Of a stretch of 64,000 nt of DNA, positions 50,214 through 59,172 are shown one piece after another. The stretch comes from Bacteroidales bacterium (GTDB lineage: Bacteria; Bacteroidota; Bacteroidia; Bacteroidales; JAQXIO01). The stretch is taken from the NCBI GenBank assembly GCA_029007825.1, contig JAQXIO010000019.1, positions 1,259 to 65,258 of the forward strand. Direction: 5' to 3'. The notes beneath the pieces are model-generated. The model searched no databases. It was given only the letters and a program-made list of their open reading frames with translations, and was not told the DNA's origin. The position numbers and the translations under genes were made by a program. Numbering within the stretch: position 1 is the stretch's first letter; every line of letters starts with the position of its first letter.

Positions 50214-52736
50214 ATGAGTTGTGATAATGCCCTATTAAAGTTAGAAGAGTTTATTAGAGAATACGATTCTTATAAAGCAACTGATTTGTCTGAATCAGAT
50301 ACTCGGTCAAAAATAATTGACAATCTACTAATTAACATACTCGGATGGTCAGAAGAAAATATAACTAGAGAAGGACATGTTGGTTCTGGTTTTTTTGATT
50401 ATAAAGTATCGCTAGCTGGCTTCAATGTAATTGTAGAAGCTAAAAAACAATTTAATGAGTTTATTTTACCAACCACTACAAGAAGGCAAACTAAATTAAG
50501 GACATTATATGCTGAAAACAAAGAGGTAATAGATCAAATTAGATCATATCTATTTGACATTGGATATGATACAGGAATAATTACAAATGGCAAGCAATTT
50601 ATTATTGCTAAATTTGTCAATAATAACGGAGAACCGTGGAAGGATAATGACAGTATAATTTATAGAAGTGTTGATGATATTAGAAACCATTTTGTTGAAT
50701 TTTGGAATAATCTATCCAAAGAAAGTATTATTGAAAATGGAGGAATTAAATTACTAATCAAGGCTCAGATTAATTTTTCAAAAACAATATTATCAACAAT
50801 TCTTGAAAAAGATAACGAAATTACAAGAAATGATATTGGTTCAAAAATAGTTTCAATAATTAATAATGTTTTCGGAGAAATTTACAAAGTTGATAGTTCC
50901 GAAGATAATATCACATTTATCAAAGCTTGTTTTGTTGAAAACAAAGAAGTAATTAAGAATAAAGCTGAATTAAACGGCCTGTTTAGTGATGATGCCCCTT
51001 CTTTTGGAACAGTAATTAAAGCAAAAAACTATAAAAGTATAGCGGATCAGATAGGTACTGAAATAAATTCAGAAACTACAATATCACAAAGACAGCCAAC
51101 TCCAAGACCCGTAATTATTATTGGGTCAAAAGGTGCTGGTAAAACTACTTTTATTAACTATTTATTTAAAAATGATTTATCTAATAATGGGTTATCTGAT
51201 CATCCATACATTTATGTCAATTTAATGAAATACTACAATGGTACTTCTGAAATTGATTTCGAGAATATGGCCAAAGATTCAATAAATCAATTAAATGATA
51301 ACTACCCTGATTTAGAGATAAATAGCATAAAGGTTTTAAAAAGAATTTACATCAAAGAAATTAATGAAAAAGATAAAGGTGTATGGAACTATCTTAAGGA
51401 AAATGAAAAAACGAAATACTCTGAAAAATTATCCAAATTTATCGAAGATAAGACACTCTGTTCTCAAGAACATTTAGAAGCAATAAATATATATTTTACA
51501 CGAGAAATCCATAAAAGGCTAATTATTATTTTTGATAATGCAGACCAATTGTCAGATGATATACAGGAAAAAGTGTTTCTTTATGCTTGCTCTTTAAATA
51601 CTAAGGCTAAGTTCGGAACCTTTATTTCTTTAAGAGAAGGATATTATTATAAATGGAGAAATCAAACGCCTTTTAATGCATTTGAGAGTAATGTATACCA
51701 TATTTCTGCCCCAGATTATGGTACAATACTCGCTAAACGCATAGAATATGCAATTGGTTTAATAAAAAGTAATAAGGATAATTTATTCACAGGGGTTAGT
51801 GGAGAGTATGCTGGTAAGAAAGTCAATATAGATTCAACTAAGATAGAAGAATTTTTTGAAGGTATAAAAGGATCTCTATTTGGAGTACAAAATAGTCCAG
51901 TGCTTGAATTTATTCGCTACTATACTTTTCCTAATATAAGAGAAGGATTAAGGTTATTTAAAATATTTCTAACATCTGGATATACAGATGTGTCGGAGTA
52001 TGTTTTAAGAGTCGTATTTAATCAAACATATAATCAGAATATATCAATTCCATTACATGAATTTATCAAAACCGTAGCTTTAGAAAATAAACTTTATTAT
52101 AATCATCAATCTAGTAGTATTCAAAATATATTTTATCCAACACATAATAGTAAAGATTATTTTGTAAAATATTGGATATTAAAAAGATTAGGTAATCAAC
52201 TTTCTTTAGAAGGTAATGTAAGCAAATTTGTTGGCTACAACTCATTTATCGATGAATTTTGCGAATATGGCTATAAAAAGGACGCATTGAATCAAGAGTT
52301 AGAATATTTATTATCTAATGAATTGATTGATGCAGATACTGTGTTGTCTGATATAAAATGGGCTCAACTACCTAACGATAATTTTAGCCTTACTATAACA
52401 TCAAAAGGTTTATATTACATAGAAAATTTAGTTAATACATTTTCCTACATCGATTTAATCGCTCAAGATACTCCAATTTTTGATAAGGATAAGTTCGAGT
52501 TGATAAGATCAGTCTTCCCATTGTGTGATAAAAATTCAAAAAGGAACATGAATGAACGACTAAAATTTGTTGAAACATTTATTGAGTATTTAAGTTCTAT
52601 AGAACAAACTCTTAACCCAAACATTCTTATCAAAAAATATGGTAGTGTTGTGTCAAACATAAGGGCTAATGGATTAATTGCAAATATAGAACGTATAAAA
52701 GAGAAGTTAGATAGGGCAAACTCTAGTGAAGTTTAA
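50214..52736 (+). CDS. Orphan PD-(D/E)xK (HsdR_N/Mrr-like) nuclease fused to a P-loop NTPase and a winged-helix-like C-terminal region; candidate defence protein
   Basis: 840 aa. Nuclease motifs: SESDTR (res 26-31), FFDY (D62), IVEAKK (E75/K77), ITNG (res 123-126). Walker A GSKGAGKTT (res 304-312, nt 51123..51149). Walker B RLIIIFDNAD (res 435-444, nt 51516..51545). About 370 aa of C-terminal region with no catalytic motif. Very AT-rich codon usage. Confidence 0.8.
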   Translation: MSCDNALLKLEEFIREYDSYKATDLSESDTRSKIIDNLLINILGWSEENITREGHVGSGFFDYKVSLAGFNVIVEAKKQFNEFILPTTTRRQTKLRTLYAENKEVIDQIRSYLFDIGYDTGIITNGKQFIIAKFVNNNGEPWKDNDSIIYRSVDDIRNHFVEFWNNLSKESIIENGGIKLLIKAQINFSKTILSTILEKDNEITRNDIGSKIVSIINNVFGEIYKVDSSEDNITFIKACFVENKEVIKNKAELNGLFSDDAPSFGTVIKAKNYKSIADQIGTEINSETTISQRQPTPRPVIIIGSKGAGKTTFINYLFKNDLSNNGLSDHPYIYVNLMKYYNGTSEIDFENMAKDSINQLNDNYPDLEINSIKVLKRIYIKEINEKDKGVWNYLKENEKTKYSEKLSKFIEDKTLCSQEHLEAINIYFTREIHKRLIIIFDNADQLSDDIQEKVFLYACSLNTKAKFGTFISLREGYYYKWRNQTPFNAFESNVYHISAPDYGTILAKRIEYAIGLIKSNKDNLFTGVSGEYAGKKVNIDSTKIEEFFEGIKGSLFGVQNSPVLEFIRYYTFPNIREGLRLFKIFLTSGYTDVSEYVLRVVFNQTYNQNISIPLHEFIKTVALENKLYYNHQSSSIQNIFYPTHNSKDYFVKYWILKRLGNQLSLEGNVSKFVGYNSFIDEFCEYGYKKDALNQELEYLLSNELIDADTVLSDIKWAQLPNDNFSLTITSKGLYYIENLVNTFSYIDLIAQDTPIFDKDKFELIRSVFPLCDKNSKRNMNERLKFVETFIEYLSSIEQTLNPNILIKKYGSVVSNIRANGLIANIERIKEKLDRANSSEV

Positions 52737-52990
52737 ATAAGAAAGCATGTTGGAGATTAGTTCTGCATCCTTTTTGACTGACATCATACTTTGTATAGAT
52801 GAGAATATTCTATCTATTACCTTATCAATAATGCAAAAAAAAAATTTGAAGCCACAATTCTCTTGATAGAGATACTTAATATTCAGTCTTATAAAACATA
52901 AAAGAAAATCCGAATTTATAATAAAATAATTCTTAATCTATTTATTTTGATTCAATCATTTATCCACAAGTGGGGAAAATCCAACCAAAT

Positions 52991-53030
52991 AAAAAGCTAA
53001 GTGATTGACTATTCAATACTTAGCTTTTTA
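52991..53030. terminator. Hairpin terminator downstream of tRNA-Leu, which also closes the islet
   Basis: AAAAAGCTAAGT (52991..53002) pairs with ACTTAGCTTTTT (53019..53030). A T-run follows on both strands. Confidence 0.65.
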
Positions 53031-53033
53031 TTG

Positions 53034-53120
53034 TGGTACCCAGAGCCGGGATCGAACCGGCATGGAAGTGAATCCACTGGTGTTTGAGACCAGCGCGTCT
53101 ACCAATTCCGCCATCTGGGC
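53034..53120 (-). tRNA. tRNA-Leu (anticodon CAA), class II with a long variable arm and an encoded CCA
   Basis: Reverse complement: GCCCAGATGGCGGAATTGGTAGACGCGCTGGTCTCAAACACCAGTGGATTCACTTCCATGCCGGTTCGATCCCGGCTCTGGGTACCA. Anticodon stem CTGGT/ACCAG with loop CT-CAA-AC; T-arm CCGG-TTCGATC-CCGG; acceptor GCCCAGA/TCTGGGT. Confidence 0.9.
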
Positions 53121-53130
53121 GTAGACGGTG

Positions 53131-53138
53131 CAAAGGTA
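53131..53138 (-). promoter_or_regulatory. -7 box (TACCTTTG on the minus strand) upstream of tRNA-Leu
   Basis: TAnnTTTG match ending 10 nt upstream of the mature tRNA 5' end. Confidence 0.5.
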
Positions 53139-53225
53139 GATATTTTTTAGAAATATACAAGCATTGGAATTGATTTCTTCAAAAAAGCTTAATCTTCTTT
53201 CCTTGGTGCCTTAAAATGATTATGT

Positions 53226-53318
53226 TTGTATTTCAATCGATAAATTGCTTGCAATAAACGCGGAGCCTCAGCACAATCAAGCGAGTCTGCTTCTGCGTTC
53301 GGTTTGCAGTTTATTTTA
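53226..53318 (+). repeat. Intergenic repeat, copy B (partner at 47195..47290)
   Basis: See copy A. The conserved terminal hairpin here is CTGCG-TTCGGTT-TGCAG, followed by TTTATTTTA. It lies 25 nt upstream of the manC ATG. Confidence 0.75.
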
Positions 53319-53342
53319 AACTTGAAAAAGTCAGGCGCTGTT

Positions 53343-54419
53343 ATGAGTAATAATTATTGTGTGATCATGGGAGGTGGCATAGGAAGCCGTTTCTGGCCTT
53401 TCAGCCGTCAGAGTAAGCCGAAACAGTTTTTAGATTTGCTGGGTGTCGGAAAATCCCTTTTGCAAATGACATATGATCGTTTCAGAAAAATCATTCCGAA
53501 AGAAAACATTTTTATTGCGACAAACCAGCTCTATATTGAAGAGATATTAAAACAGTTGCCCGAGTTATCGGAAAGCCAGATATTGGTAGAACCTACACGC
53601 CGTAATACGGCTCCTTGTGTTGCTTATTCTACTTATCGAATTCATACGATCGATCCGGAAGCGAATATTGTAGTGGCTCCTTCCGACCATATAATTCTTC
53701 AGGAAGATATATTTCTTGAGAATATCCATGCTGCGTTGAACTTCGTGCGTGAAAACGAGGCTTTGGCTACATTGGGTATTAAACCTACCCGGCCGGAAAC
53801 GGGTTATGGGTATATTCAATCGGATGTTGAAGAGATCGGTAATTTTAAAAAAGTAAAGACATTTACAGAAAAGCCTGATCTCGAGTTGGCAAAGGTTTTT
53901 TTCGCTGCAGATGAATTTTACTGGAATTCAGGAATTTTTATTTGGAATGTAAGAACGATCATGAAGGCATTTCATGAGCATATGCCGGAGGTTTCTGCCC
54001 GTTTCGATACGGGAATCGAGCTATTCAATACACCTCAGGAGAGTGAGTTTATTGCAAGTATATTTCCGTATTGTCCCAATATATCGATTGACTACGGGAT
54101 TATGGAAAAAGCCGATAATGTTTATATGTTGCCTGCACAGTTCGGATGGTCGGATTTGGGAACGTGGGGAGCTTTGCATGAACTGGCGGTAAAGGACGAT
54201 AATAATAATACAACACTGAAAAAGAATGCTCTTTATTATGAGAGCGAGGGAAATATCGTTGCAGTACCGGAAGGAAAGTTGTGTGTTATACAAGGGTTAA
54301 AAGACTATATCGTCGCAGAATCGGGTAATGCTTTGCTGATATGCCGCAGATCGGACGAACAGAGTATCAAGCAATTCGTAATGGATGCCAATCTGAATTT
54401 CGGAGAGGAGTTTAATTGA
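53343..54419 (+). CDS. manC: Mannose-1-phosphate guanylyltransferase
   Basis: Track ORF 53304..54419. Start MSNNYCVIMGGGIGSRFWPFSRQSKPKQFL (ATG 53343). The nucleotidyltransferase GGxGxRxxP motif is present. Confidence 0.85.
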   Translation: MSNNYCVIMGGGIGSRFWPFSRQSKPKQFLDLLGVGKSLLQMTYDRFRKIIPKENIFIATNQLYIEEILKQLPELSESQILVEPTRRNTAPCVAYSTYRIHTIDPEANIVVAPSDHIILQEDIFLENIHAALNFVRENEALATLGIKPTRPETGYGYIQSDVEEIGNFKKVKTFTEKPDLELAKVFFAADEFYWNSGIFIWNVRTIMKAFHEHMPEVSARFDTGIELFNTPQESEFIASIFPYCPNISIDYGIMEKADNVYMLPAQFGWSDLGTWGALHELAVKDDNNNTTLKKNALYYESEGNIVAVPEGKLCVIQGLKDYIVAESGNALLICRRSDEQSIKQFVMDANLNFGEEFN

Positions 54420-54444
54420 ATTTATTTTTAAGTAAGTATTTAAA

Positions 54445-54484
54445 AAATAGAAAAGCCTTATTTTGAAATAAGGCTTTTTCATTT
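54445..54484. terminator. Bidirectional terminator between manC and typA
   Basis: AAAAGCCTTATTT (54451..54463) pairs with AAATAAGGCTTTT (54467..54479). Confidence 0.7.
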
Positions 54485-56284
54485 TTATTTTTTCGCTAAC
54501 CGTTTGCGTTCGGTTTCGTCCAGTATGATTTTCCGTAACCGCATAAAGTTCGGTGTGATCTCTACATATTCATCTTCTTTGATGTATTCCAATGCATCTT
54601 CGAGACTGAATTCTATTTTCGGAGCCAAACGGACCTTATCATCCGAACCAGAGGCACGCATATTCGTGAGCTTTTTCGATTTGGTAACGTTTACCACCAG
54701 ATCTCCTTCTTTTGTATGTTCACCAACGATCTGTCCTGCATATACTTCTTCCTGGGGTGCAATGAAAAAGCGTCCGCGATCTTGTAGTTTATCCAATGCA
54801 TAGGCGTAGGAAGTACCATTTTCCATACAGATTATGGAGCCGTTTTGCCTCCGTTCTATATCGCCTTTCATCGGTTGATATTCCAGAAAACGGTGAGCCA
54901 TAATCGCTTCTCCTGCTGATAAAGTCAGGATCGGATTGCTCAATCCGATAATTCCGCGTGAAGGAATGGTAAATTCCATGTGGATACGGTCTCCTTTACT
55001 CTCCATAGAGAGCATTTCTCCTCTGCGCCGGGTAATGATATCAATGATTTTGCTCGAATACTCTTCGGGGGTATTGATTGTCAGTTGTTCTACCGGCTCG
55101 CATTTTTCACCGTCGATCTCTTTTATAATTACCTGAGGTTGTCCTACCTGTAATTCATAACCTTCACGACGCATGGTTTCAATCAGCACGGACAAGTGAA
55201 GGATGCCCCGTCCGTAAACAATCCATGAGTCTGCATTGTCCGACGGCATAACGCGGAGAGCCAGATTTTTATCCAGTTCACGCATTAGGCGGTCGTGTAT
55301 ATGGCGGGATGTAACGTATTTACCGTCTTTTCCGAAAAACGGAGAGTTGTTGATGGTAAATAGCATGGACATAGTCGGCTCGTCGATATCAATTGTCGGC
55401 AATGGTTCCGGGTTGTTTAAATCGGCAATGGAATCTCCGATTTCGAATCCGTCTATTCCCACTAAAGCGCAAATATCTCCGGAGCGTACGGATGAAGTTT
55501 TAACGCGGCCCAAGCCTTCGAAAACGTGTAGTTCTTTTATTCTTGACTTCACGATAGAGCCGTCTCTTTTGCAGAGGGCGACATCCATGCCTTCGCGTAA
55601 TTCCCCCCGGTGAATGCGGCCTACCGCAACACGGCCCACATAACTCGAATAGTCGAGTGATGTAATCAACATTTGCGGAGTTCCTTCCAGTATTTCAGGT
55701 CCCGGAATATATTCGATGATTGCATCCAGTAAAGGATAGATATCTTCGGTCGGTTTTTTCCAGTCTTCAGACATCCAGCCTTGTTTCGCAGAACCGTATA
55801 TCGTGTGAAAGTCCAATTGTTCTTCGGTAGCGTCGAGACTGAACATCAGGTCGAATACCATTTCATTTACTTCGTCGGGACGACAATTCGGTTTGTCTAC
55901 CTTGTTAATAACTACAATAGGTTTTAATCCGATCTGAAGCGCTTTCTGCAAAACGAACCGGGTTTGCGGCATGGGGCCTTCGAATGCGTCTACTAAAAGC
56001 AAGCAGCCGTCGGCCATGTTTAGAACCCGCTCCACCTCACCTCCGAAATCTGCGTGCCCCGGTGTGTCTATGATGTTGATTTTGTAATCTTTGTAGTTGA
56101 TGGATACGTTTTTGGAAAGTATGGTTATACCTCTTTCTCTTTCCAGATCGTTATTGTCAAGAATCAACTCGCCCGTTGATTGGTTGTTTCTGAAAAGCTG
56201 TCCTGCAAGCAGCATCTTGTCTACTACAGTGGTCTTGCCATGGTCAACGTGGGCGATGATGGCAATGTTTCTGATTTTTTGCAT
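54485..56284 (-). CDS. typA: Translational GTPase TypA/BipA
   Basis: 599 aa. [13 protein letters not shown]1 motif, [12 protein letters not shown] and NKVD. EF-G-like domains lacking domain IV. Confidence 0.95.
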   Translation of the reverse strand: MQKIRNIAIIAHVDHGKTTVVDKMLLAGQLFRNNQSTGELILDNNDLERERGITILSKNVSINYKDYKINIIDTPGHADFGGEVERVLNMADGCLLLVDAFEGPMPQTRFVLQKALQIGLKPIVVINKVDKPNCRPDEVNEMVFDLMFSLDATEEQLDFHTIYGSAKQGWMSEDWKKPTEDIYPLLDAIIEYIPGPEILEGTPQMLITSLDYSSYVGRVAVGRIHRGELREGMDVALCKRDGSIVKSRIKELHVFEGLGRVKTSSVRSGDICALVGIDGFEIGDSIADLNNPEPLPTIDIDEPTMSMLFTINNSPFFGKDGKYVTSRHIHDRLMRELDKNLALRVMPSDNADSWIVYGRGILHLSVLIETMRREGYELQVGQPQVIIKEIDGEKCEPVEQLTINTPEEYSSKIIDIITRRRGEMLSMESKGDRIHMEFTIPSRGIIGLSNPILTLSAGEAIMAHRFLEYQPMKGDIERRQNGSIICMENGTSYAYALDKLQDRGRFFIAPQEEVYAGQIVGEHTKEGDLVVNVTKSKKLTNMRASGSDDKVRLAPKIEFSLEDALEYIKEDEYVEITPNFMRLRKIILDETERKRLAKK

Positions 56285-56380
56285 TTACTAAATTTCTTTT
56301 TCGGCTGCAAAGATACGAAAGATCAATGATTTGACAGCATAATATTTTGACCAAAACGCTTGTAACTTAAAAATAAACAT

Positions 56381-56388
56381 TACCTTTG
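56381..56388 (+). promoter_or_regulatory. -7 box TACCTTTG upstream of rpsO
   Basis: TAnnTTTG match 47 nt upstream of ATG 56435. Confidence 0.5.
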
Positions 56389-56434
56389 CAGTCCATTATC
56401 AAATAAAAATTTTTAATAACAAAGTTTCAATTGT

Positions 56435-56704
56435 ATGTATTTAGACGCACAAAAGAAAAAAGAAATCTTTGAAAAGTACGGGAAGTCCAATACTGATACT
56501 GGCTCGTCTGAAGCTCAGATAGCATTATTTTCCTACCGTATTTCTCATTTGACTGAGCATCTCAAGTCAAATCATAAAGATTATAGCACAGAAAGAGCTT
56601 TAAAAATGTTGGTGGGTAAACGTCGTCGTTTACTGGATTATCTTAAAGATAAAGAAATCGAAAGATATCGTGCCATCATTAAGGAGTTGGGAATCAGAAA
56701 GTAA
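56435..56704 (+). CDS. rpsO: 30S ribosomal protein S15
   Basis: 89 aa. GSSEAQIALFSYRISHLTEHLKSNHKDYSTERALKMLVGKRRRLLDYL. Confidence 0.95.
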   Translation: MYLDAQKKKEIFEKYGKSNTDTGSSEAQIALFSYRISHLTEHLKSNHKDYSTERALKMLVGKRRRLLDYLKDKEIERYRAIIKELGIRK

Positions 56705-56730
56705 TATTCCCTTTCTGTCGAAGATTTTGA

Positions 56731-56769
56731 AAGGATCGTTTATCGGAAAAGATAAACGATCCTTTTTCT
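56731..56769 (+). terminator. Rho-independent terminator of rpsO
   Basis: AAGGATCGTTTATC (56731..56744) pairs with GATAAACGATCCTT (56751..56764), followed by TTTTC. Confidence 0.8.
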
Positions 56770-56821
56770 TTGAATAGGGGTGTTTTTTCTTTTCCCTATT
56801 TACATATTAAAGAATTTATGC

Positions 56822-56829
56822 TAATTTTG
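56822..56829 (+). promoter_or_regulatory. -7 box TAATTTTG upstream of the XRE-cupin regulator gene
   Basis: TAnnTTTG match 81 nt upstream of ATG 56910. Confidence 0.4.
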
Positions 56830-56909
56830 CGATACAATGTAAGCAAATAGATTCCGCATTTTTTAAATTTATAATTAACACCAAAGTATAAAGTCTTATA
56901 ATAGCCGCT

Positions 56910-57485
56910 ATGGAAAATAATCAGCAGGTCGGAAGTAAAATTAAGGCCATCCGTGAAAGTAAAGGTCTGACAATTGAAGATGTAGCAGAAAGATCTTCAT
57001 TAAGCACAGAGCAGATTTACCGTATAGAAGAAGATATTGAGCTTCCGTCGTTAGCTCCCCTTATTGCGATAGCCCGCGTTCTGGGTGTACGTTTGGGGAC
57101 ATTTCTCGATGATCATGACGAAATAGGCCCTGTTGTATGCAAGAACGGAGAAAAAGATAAAAGCATCAGTTTTTCGAACAATGCCGACGATGCGCGTAAA
57201 CATATGGGTTATTATTCTTTGGCGAAATCCAAATCGGGGCGCCATATGGAGCCGTTTATAATAGAAGTCACATCATCGGGTGAAGAATTGTATGCACAAT
57301 CTTCCCATGAGGGTGAAGAATTTATTTATGTGTTGGAAGGAAGCATTGAAATAAATTACGGTAAAAAGATTTATAGATTGTCACAGGGCGATAGCATCTA
57401 TTACGATTCTATCGTAGCGCACCATGTGCATGCGATTTCAGGTGAGAGTGCGAGAATTATGGCCGTTGTGTATACTCCCTTTTAA
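56910..57485 (+). CDS. XRE-family HTH transcriptional regulator with a C-terminal cupin domain
   Basis: 191 aa. The N-terminal HTH is VGSKIKAIRESKGLTIEDVAERSSLSTEQIYRIEE. The C-terminal cupin is GEEFIYVLEGSIEINYG...GDSIYYDS...HHV. Confidence 0.85.
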   Translation: MENNQQVGSKIKAIRESKGLTIEDVAERSSLSTEQIYRIEEDIELPSLAPLIAIARVLGVRLGTFLDDHDEIGPVVCKNGEKDKSISFSNNADDARKHMGYYSLAKSKSGRHMEPFIIEVTSSGEELYAQSSHEGEEFIYVLEGSIEINYGKKIYRLSQGDSIYYDSIVAHHVHAISGESARIMAVVYTPF

Positions 57486-57506
57486 GTAATCAGCAGACAG
57501 GATATC

Positions 57507-59159
57507 ATGGAATTAACAACCAGAACAGTTGGTGAGTTCTTAGAACATTGGGCTGAAACCACACCAGATAGGGAATATTTAGTTTATTCGGATCGCAATC
57601 TGCGGTTTACATATAAGCAGTTTAACGAGCGTGTCGATAATCTGGCCAAGGGTCTTTTGGCCATCGGAGTTAAAAAGGGAGAGCATGTCGGGATATGGGC
57701 AACCAACGTCCCTGATTGGCTCACATTTTTGTATGCCAGTGCAAAGATCGGGGCTGTGCTGGTAACGGTAAATACGAATTATAAGCAGAGTGAACTGGAA
57801 TATCTTGTCGAAAATGCCGATATTCATACTCTTTGCATTACGGAGGGCGTTTTTGACGGAAGTTATATCGATATGACTTATACGATGCTCCCCGAACTGA
57901 AAGAATCCCAGCGGGGGCACCTTAAAAGCAAGCGTTTTCCCCGTATGCGTAATGTCGTGTTTATAGGGCCTGAAAAGTATCGCGGTATGTTCAATACGCC
58001 CGAATTATTGTTGTTGGGGCAGAATATAAGCGACGAAAAACTTGAAGAGGCGAAAAAGGGCTTCGATTGTTTCGATGTCGTGAATATGCAGTACACATCC
58101 GGAACCACAGGTTTTCCGAAGGGTGTAATGCTTACGCACCATAACATTGTAAATAACGGTTTCTTTACAGGTGAAGGGATGGCCTTTACAAGTGAAGATA
58201 AGTTATGTTGCTGCGTTCCGTTGTTTCACTGTTTCGGTGTGGTGCTTGCAACGATGAACTGCCTTACCCACGGCTGTACGCAGGTAATGGTGGAGCGTTT
58301 CGACCCTCTTACGGTATTGGCTTCCGTCCATAAAGAGCGTTGTACAGCCCTTTACGGTGTGCCGACTATGTTTATTGCAGAATTGAATCATCCGATGTTC
58401 GATATGTTCGATTTTACTTCGTTGCGTACCGGAATTATGGCCGGTTCGTTGTGCCCGATCGAACTGATGCGTAAGGTTACCGATAAGTTGCATATTACAC
58501 ATATAACCAGCGTGTACGGATTAACTGAGAGTTCACCGGGTATGACTCATACGGTTCTCAATGATCCGTTCGAGGAACGTTGTACGACGGTAGGAAAAGA
58601 ATATCCTTTTACAGAGGTGGCTGTCATCGATCCCGAAACCGGAGAGATGTGTCCTCCGGGAGTACAGGGCGAAATGTGTACGAGGGGGTATCTCGTGATG
58701 AAAGGATATTATAACAATCCTCAGGCGACTGCGGAAGTAATCGATAAAGACGGCTGGCTGCATTCGGGTGATCTGGGAATAAAAGACGAGAACGGTTATT
58801 ACCGTATCACCGGACGTATAAAGGATATGATTATACGTGGGGGTGAGAATATTTATCCCCGTGAAATAGAGGAATTCCTGTTCCAGTTGAAGGAGATTAA
58901 GGATGTCCAGGTGGCTGCGGTGCCTTCAAAGAAATATGGAGAAGAGGTCGGGGCGTTTATTATACTGCATGAAGGGAAGACGCTCACGGAAGAGGTTATA
59001 AAAGATTTCTGCCGTGGTAAGATTGCCCGTCATAAGATTCCGAAATATGTATTCTTTGTAGATACGTTCCCGATGACCGGAAGTGGAAAAATACAGAAAT
59101 TTAAGTTGAAAGACCTTGGTTTGAAATTATTGACAGAAAAGGGAATTAATCCGGAGTAA
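57507..59159 (+). CDS. AMP-dependent synthetase/ligase (acyl-CoA synthetase family)
   Basis: 550 aa. [16 protein letters not shown] (A3 motif), [15 protein letters not shown], and GKIQKF near the C-terminus. Confidence 0.9.
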   Translation: MELTTRTVGEFLEHWAETTPDREYLVYSDRNLRFTYKQFNERVDNLAKGLLAIGVKKGEHVGIWATNVPDWLTFLYASAKIGAVLVTVNTNYKQSELEYLVENADIHTLCITEGVFDGSYIDMTYTMLPELKESQRGHLKSKRFPRMRNVVFIGPEKYRGMFNTPELLLLGQNISDEKLEEAKKGFDCFDVVNMQYTSGTTGFPKGVMLTHHNIVNNGFFTGEGMAFTSEDKLCCCVPLFHCFGVVLATMNCLTHGCTQVMVERFDPLTVLASVHKERCTALYGVPTMFIAELNHPMFDMFDFTSLRTGIMAGSLCPIELMRKVTDKLHITHITSVYGLTESSPGMTHTVLNDPFEERCTTVGKEYPFTEVAVIDPETGEMCPPGVQGEMCTRGYLVMKGYYNNPQATAEVIDKDGWLHSGDLGIKDENGYYRITGRIKDMIIRGGENIYPREIEEFLFQLKEIKDVQVAAVPSKKYGEEVGAFIILHEGKTLTEEVIKDFCRGKIARHKIPKYVFFVDTFPMTGSGKIQKFKLKDLGLKLLTEKGINPE

Positions 59160-59172
59160 TTTTATATATATT

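Larger units (their letters stand above)
49352..53033. other. AT-rich accessory islet adjacent to tRNA-Leu
   Basis: Hand-counted 60-nt samples: 50221..50280 is 17/60 GC and 51601..51660 is 18/60 GC. Flank samples: 48241..48300 is 28/60 and 53401..53460 is 27/60. Contains one intact gene plus about 860 nt of stop-riddled debris, and no integrase. Confidence 0.65.

Noticed and set aside
52961-52990. CCACAAGTGGGGAAAATCCAACC vaguely resembles the tRNA-Leu T-arm and 3' end (CCCAGAGCCGGGATCGAACC), considered as a degenerate att duplicate.
   Set aside because: The match needs gaps and several mismatches over about 20 nt and lies only about 50 nt from the real tRNA end. That is too weak to call without a genome-wide comparison.
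52999-53013. Exact 15-nt match AAGTGATTGACTATT with 11041..11055, considered as a possible att or repeat site.
   Set aside because: Several exact 15-mers are expected by chance among about 4e9 position pairs in an AT-biased 64-kb window. The similarity does not extend on either side.
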